Origin: an uncultured bacterium
Lineage (GTDB): Bacteria; Zixibacteria; MSB-5A5; JAABVY01; JAHJOQ01
Assembly (NCBI GenBank): GCA_965369655.1
Contig: CBDUQR010000037.1
Coordinates: 1 to 27,768 of the forward strand
DNA length: 27,768 bases
Direction: 5' to 3'
Part shown: positions 25,792-27,768 of the stretch, piece after piece
Numbering within the stretch: position 1 is the first letter of the stretch
How the letters are laid out: each line of letters begins with the position of its first letter
Program-made: the position numbers and the translations under genes
The notes under the pieces: model-generated
Databases searched by the model: none
The model's input: the letters and a program-made list of their open reading frames with translations, nothing else
Told to the model about the DNA's origin: nothing

Positions 25792-27660
25792 ATGAATAGA
25801 AGACTGATAGAGATTGTCGTTGTTGCTGCCGTCACTTTTGCGGCAGTTTTATCGCTCCCGGGTTGCGGCACTCTGACAAACAAAGGGCCTGTTCCTGATA
25901 ACAGTGCGCCAGTGTGTTCGTTGGTGAATACGCCGACGGACGAGGCTGTTTTTACGCGCAACGAGCCGATTTACTGGTACGCCGTCGACAGAGATGGGGT
26001 AATTGTCAAGTACAAGTATTCCGTGGTGAAGTGGTCGGACTTGCCGATCGATCCGACGACTGGCGCTCCCAGTGTTCAGATTTATATCGACTCATCGAGG
26101 TTGGCCGGTTTCGATTACAGAGGTTGGGACTATACTATTATCGAGGATGATCCCAGGACGAGTACCAAATCCGCCACCAATGAGAAGATAAGGCTGTTCG
26201 CTGCTGAGGGCTGTGATACGTGCAGGCTGGAGCAGGTGTTTTTTGTGGTGGCGCTGGACGATCTGGGCGCCTGGTCGAATGTCCCGTACAGGGTGTTCTT
26301 TAGAACAAATCATCCCCCGAATACGAAGCTGGTGCCGGATAATGACGTTGGACGCAGAGTTCGATTTGGTCCTCACTTTGCTGGAACGTGCATTGAGGGT
26401 CTCACTGATATCGGTTCCGGGATTAGGATGTCATGGGAAGGTTCGGACATCATCGATTACCCCAGCCGTCAGCCCGACTTCGAGTACGAATGGAAAGTCT
26501 ATGGTCCGTTCGATGAGATTGTTGGTTTCAATGAAGATGCGGTGTTAGACACTGGGGTGGATTACAGTCAGTATACGAAGGATGAAGATATTGTCAAGAG
26601 TTCGTGGGACGAAGCCAGTCAGTCTGCCTGGACATCAAGGATATCCACTTCGCTCTTTGATCTCTTTCAAAATGTGGAATCCTCCGATTCCACTGTCACC
26701 AAGTACTTCGTCTTCTCCGTGAGGACGAGGGACGACGCCTACGTACCGGATTCTACGCCGGCGAATGCAGTGTTCAAGGCGATTCAACCCGCATGTGAGC
26801 GTCAGATCCTGATCATCGACGATGCCGCATACTATATGGGGTCTTACGGTGCGTTAGCGGGCGAATGCGGAACATGTTGGGATTACGGCGCGGATCTTCT
26901 TACCGAGAGATATGCGCCCTACTTCGACAGCATCTTCAGGGAGGCTGCCGGTTATGATGTTGATTACTACCACCGCATGTACGGTACTGAGCAGTACTAT
27001 GCTCCGGCTGCGGACGAAATATGTAAGTACAAACTCGTGGTTTACTATAGTGAGGATGTGGCGTATGGGCTCAGTAACAGTTGGCTGATCAGATTCTCCC
27101 AGTTCATGGACATTGGTGGCAAGGTGATGTTGTTCGGTCCGGAGCACTTCGCCAAACTTTCTGCTATGGGAGAACCTCCAGACTGGTTGAATGCTGGATA
27201 TATTGGATCTTTTTACTTCAATATTCAGGATCAGTACTGCTCCAACTGGAGTGTTGCTTTCCTGGACGGTCACCCAAATGAGGAATTTGCAGGCGCAGTC
27301 GGACTTACAGCGGATCTGCCGGAATCGCTTCGAGTCGACTGGGACGGACATCTCACGGAATATGTGATAAGCAGGAACCACAACATATGGAAGGGCGAGG
27401 ATCCGTATCCCTACGTCGGAGTACCTGGAGTCAACAACTATACGTCCTTCGGCCAGGCGGAAGGACTCTATCGTATCACGTCTGCGTATGGTGAGTTTGG
27501 ATCTCAGAACGGTGGTCTTTGCGGTTTTCGCTACGAGACCGGATTGATTGGCATCCCCTGGTTCAAATCCGCCGCGTTCGGCTTCCAGCTTTATTCACTC
27601 AAAGATGAGGATGCGATCGCGCTTCTCAGAGGTATGATCGACTGGTTTGACATAGACTGA
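25792..27660 (+). CDS. Hypothetical lipoprotein (beta-sandwich modules plus a C-terminal alpha/beta domain)
   Basis: GGAGG RBS, lipobox LPG-C25, module boundaries NSAP/NHPP/DSTPA, and ILIIDD starting the last domain. Confidence 0.8.
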   Translation: MNRRLIEIVVVAAVTFAAVLSLPGCGTLTNKGPVPDNSAPVCSLVNTPTDEAVFTRNEPIYWYAVDRDGVIVKYKYSVVKWSDLPIDPTTGAPSVQIYIDSSRLAGFDYRGWDYTIIEDDPRTSTKSATNEKIRLFAAEGCDTCRLEQVFFVVALDDLGAWSNVPYRVFFRTNHPPNTKLVPDNDVGRRVRFGPHFAGTCIEGLTDIGSGIRMSWEGSDIIDYPSRQPDFEYEWKVYGPFDEIVGFNEDAVLDTGVDYSQYTKDEDIVKSSWDEASQSAWTSRISTSLFDLFQNVESSDSTVTKYFVFSVRTRDDAYVPDSTPANAVFKAIQPACERQILIIDDAAYYMGSYGALAGECGTCWDYGADLLTERYAPYFDSIFREAAGYDVDYYHRMYGTEQYYAPAADEICKYKLVVYYSEDVAYGLSNSWLIRFSQFMDIGGKVMLFGPEHFAKLSAMGEPPDWLNAGYIGSFYFNIQDQYCSNWSVAFLDGHPNEEFAGAVGLTADLPESLRVDWDGHLTEYVISRNHNIWKGEDPYPYVGVPGVNNYTSFGQAEGLYRITSAYGEFGSQNGGLCGFRYETGLIGIPWFKSAAFGFQLYSLKDEDAIALLRGMIDWFDID

Positions 27661-27688
27661 CGATCGTCGTTCTGATTTCATTAAATAC

Positions 27689-27718
27689 GGGAGGAGACTC
27701 AGTCTCCTCCCTGTTTTT
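27689..27718 (+). terminator. Intrinsic terminator of the TonB-receptor operon
   Basis: GGGAGGAGAC-TCA-GTCTCCTCCC followed by TGTTTTT. Confidence 0.88.
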
Positions 27719-27768
27719 GTGTGCCGAGCATGTTTGACAACTTGGAGGTGAGAGTCCTCTACACAACC
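27719..27768 (+). mobile_element. 5' end of a group IIC intron (cut by the window end)
   Basis: GTGTGCCGAGCATG...GGTGAGAGTCC matches the GUGYG start and early domain I of class C introns, directly after a terminator. Confidence 0.75.

Overview
A bacterial contig-like window, probably from a diderm FCB-related lineage. Candidate division Zixibacteria is my inference from the dockerin protein and the TonB-receptor/PorV-like/lipoprotein locus, and it is not verified. Both ends lie in mobile elements: a truncated IS630 at the left and the 5' end of a group IIC intron just after a terminator at the right. The core content is hbd-like/ackA, the electron-bifurcating transhydrogenase nfnAB, and the yceD-rpmF-plsX-fabH-fabD-fabG-acpP-fabF-rnc cluster ending in an etfB with no adjacent etfA. 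Accessory content includes a RAYT transposase with three cognate palindromes (one containing its apparent promoter), a secreted dockerin protein, a LipM-like enzyme, and an outer-membrane locus whose TonB-dependent receptor carries 8 Ca-binding-type repeats. The best candidate for a new system is a small exported protein (signal peptide, then EHPWDDD) translationally coupled to a 983-aa TPR-GAF-sigma54 AAA+-HTH activator. This resembles an RRNPP-style peptide/receptor pair wired to sigma54. All calls come from reading motifs, and no searches were run.
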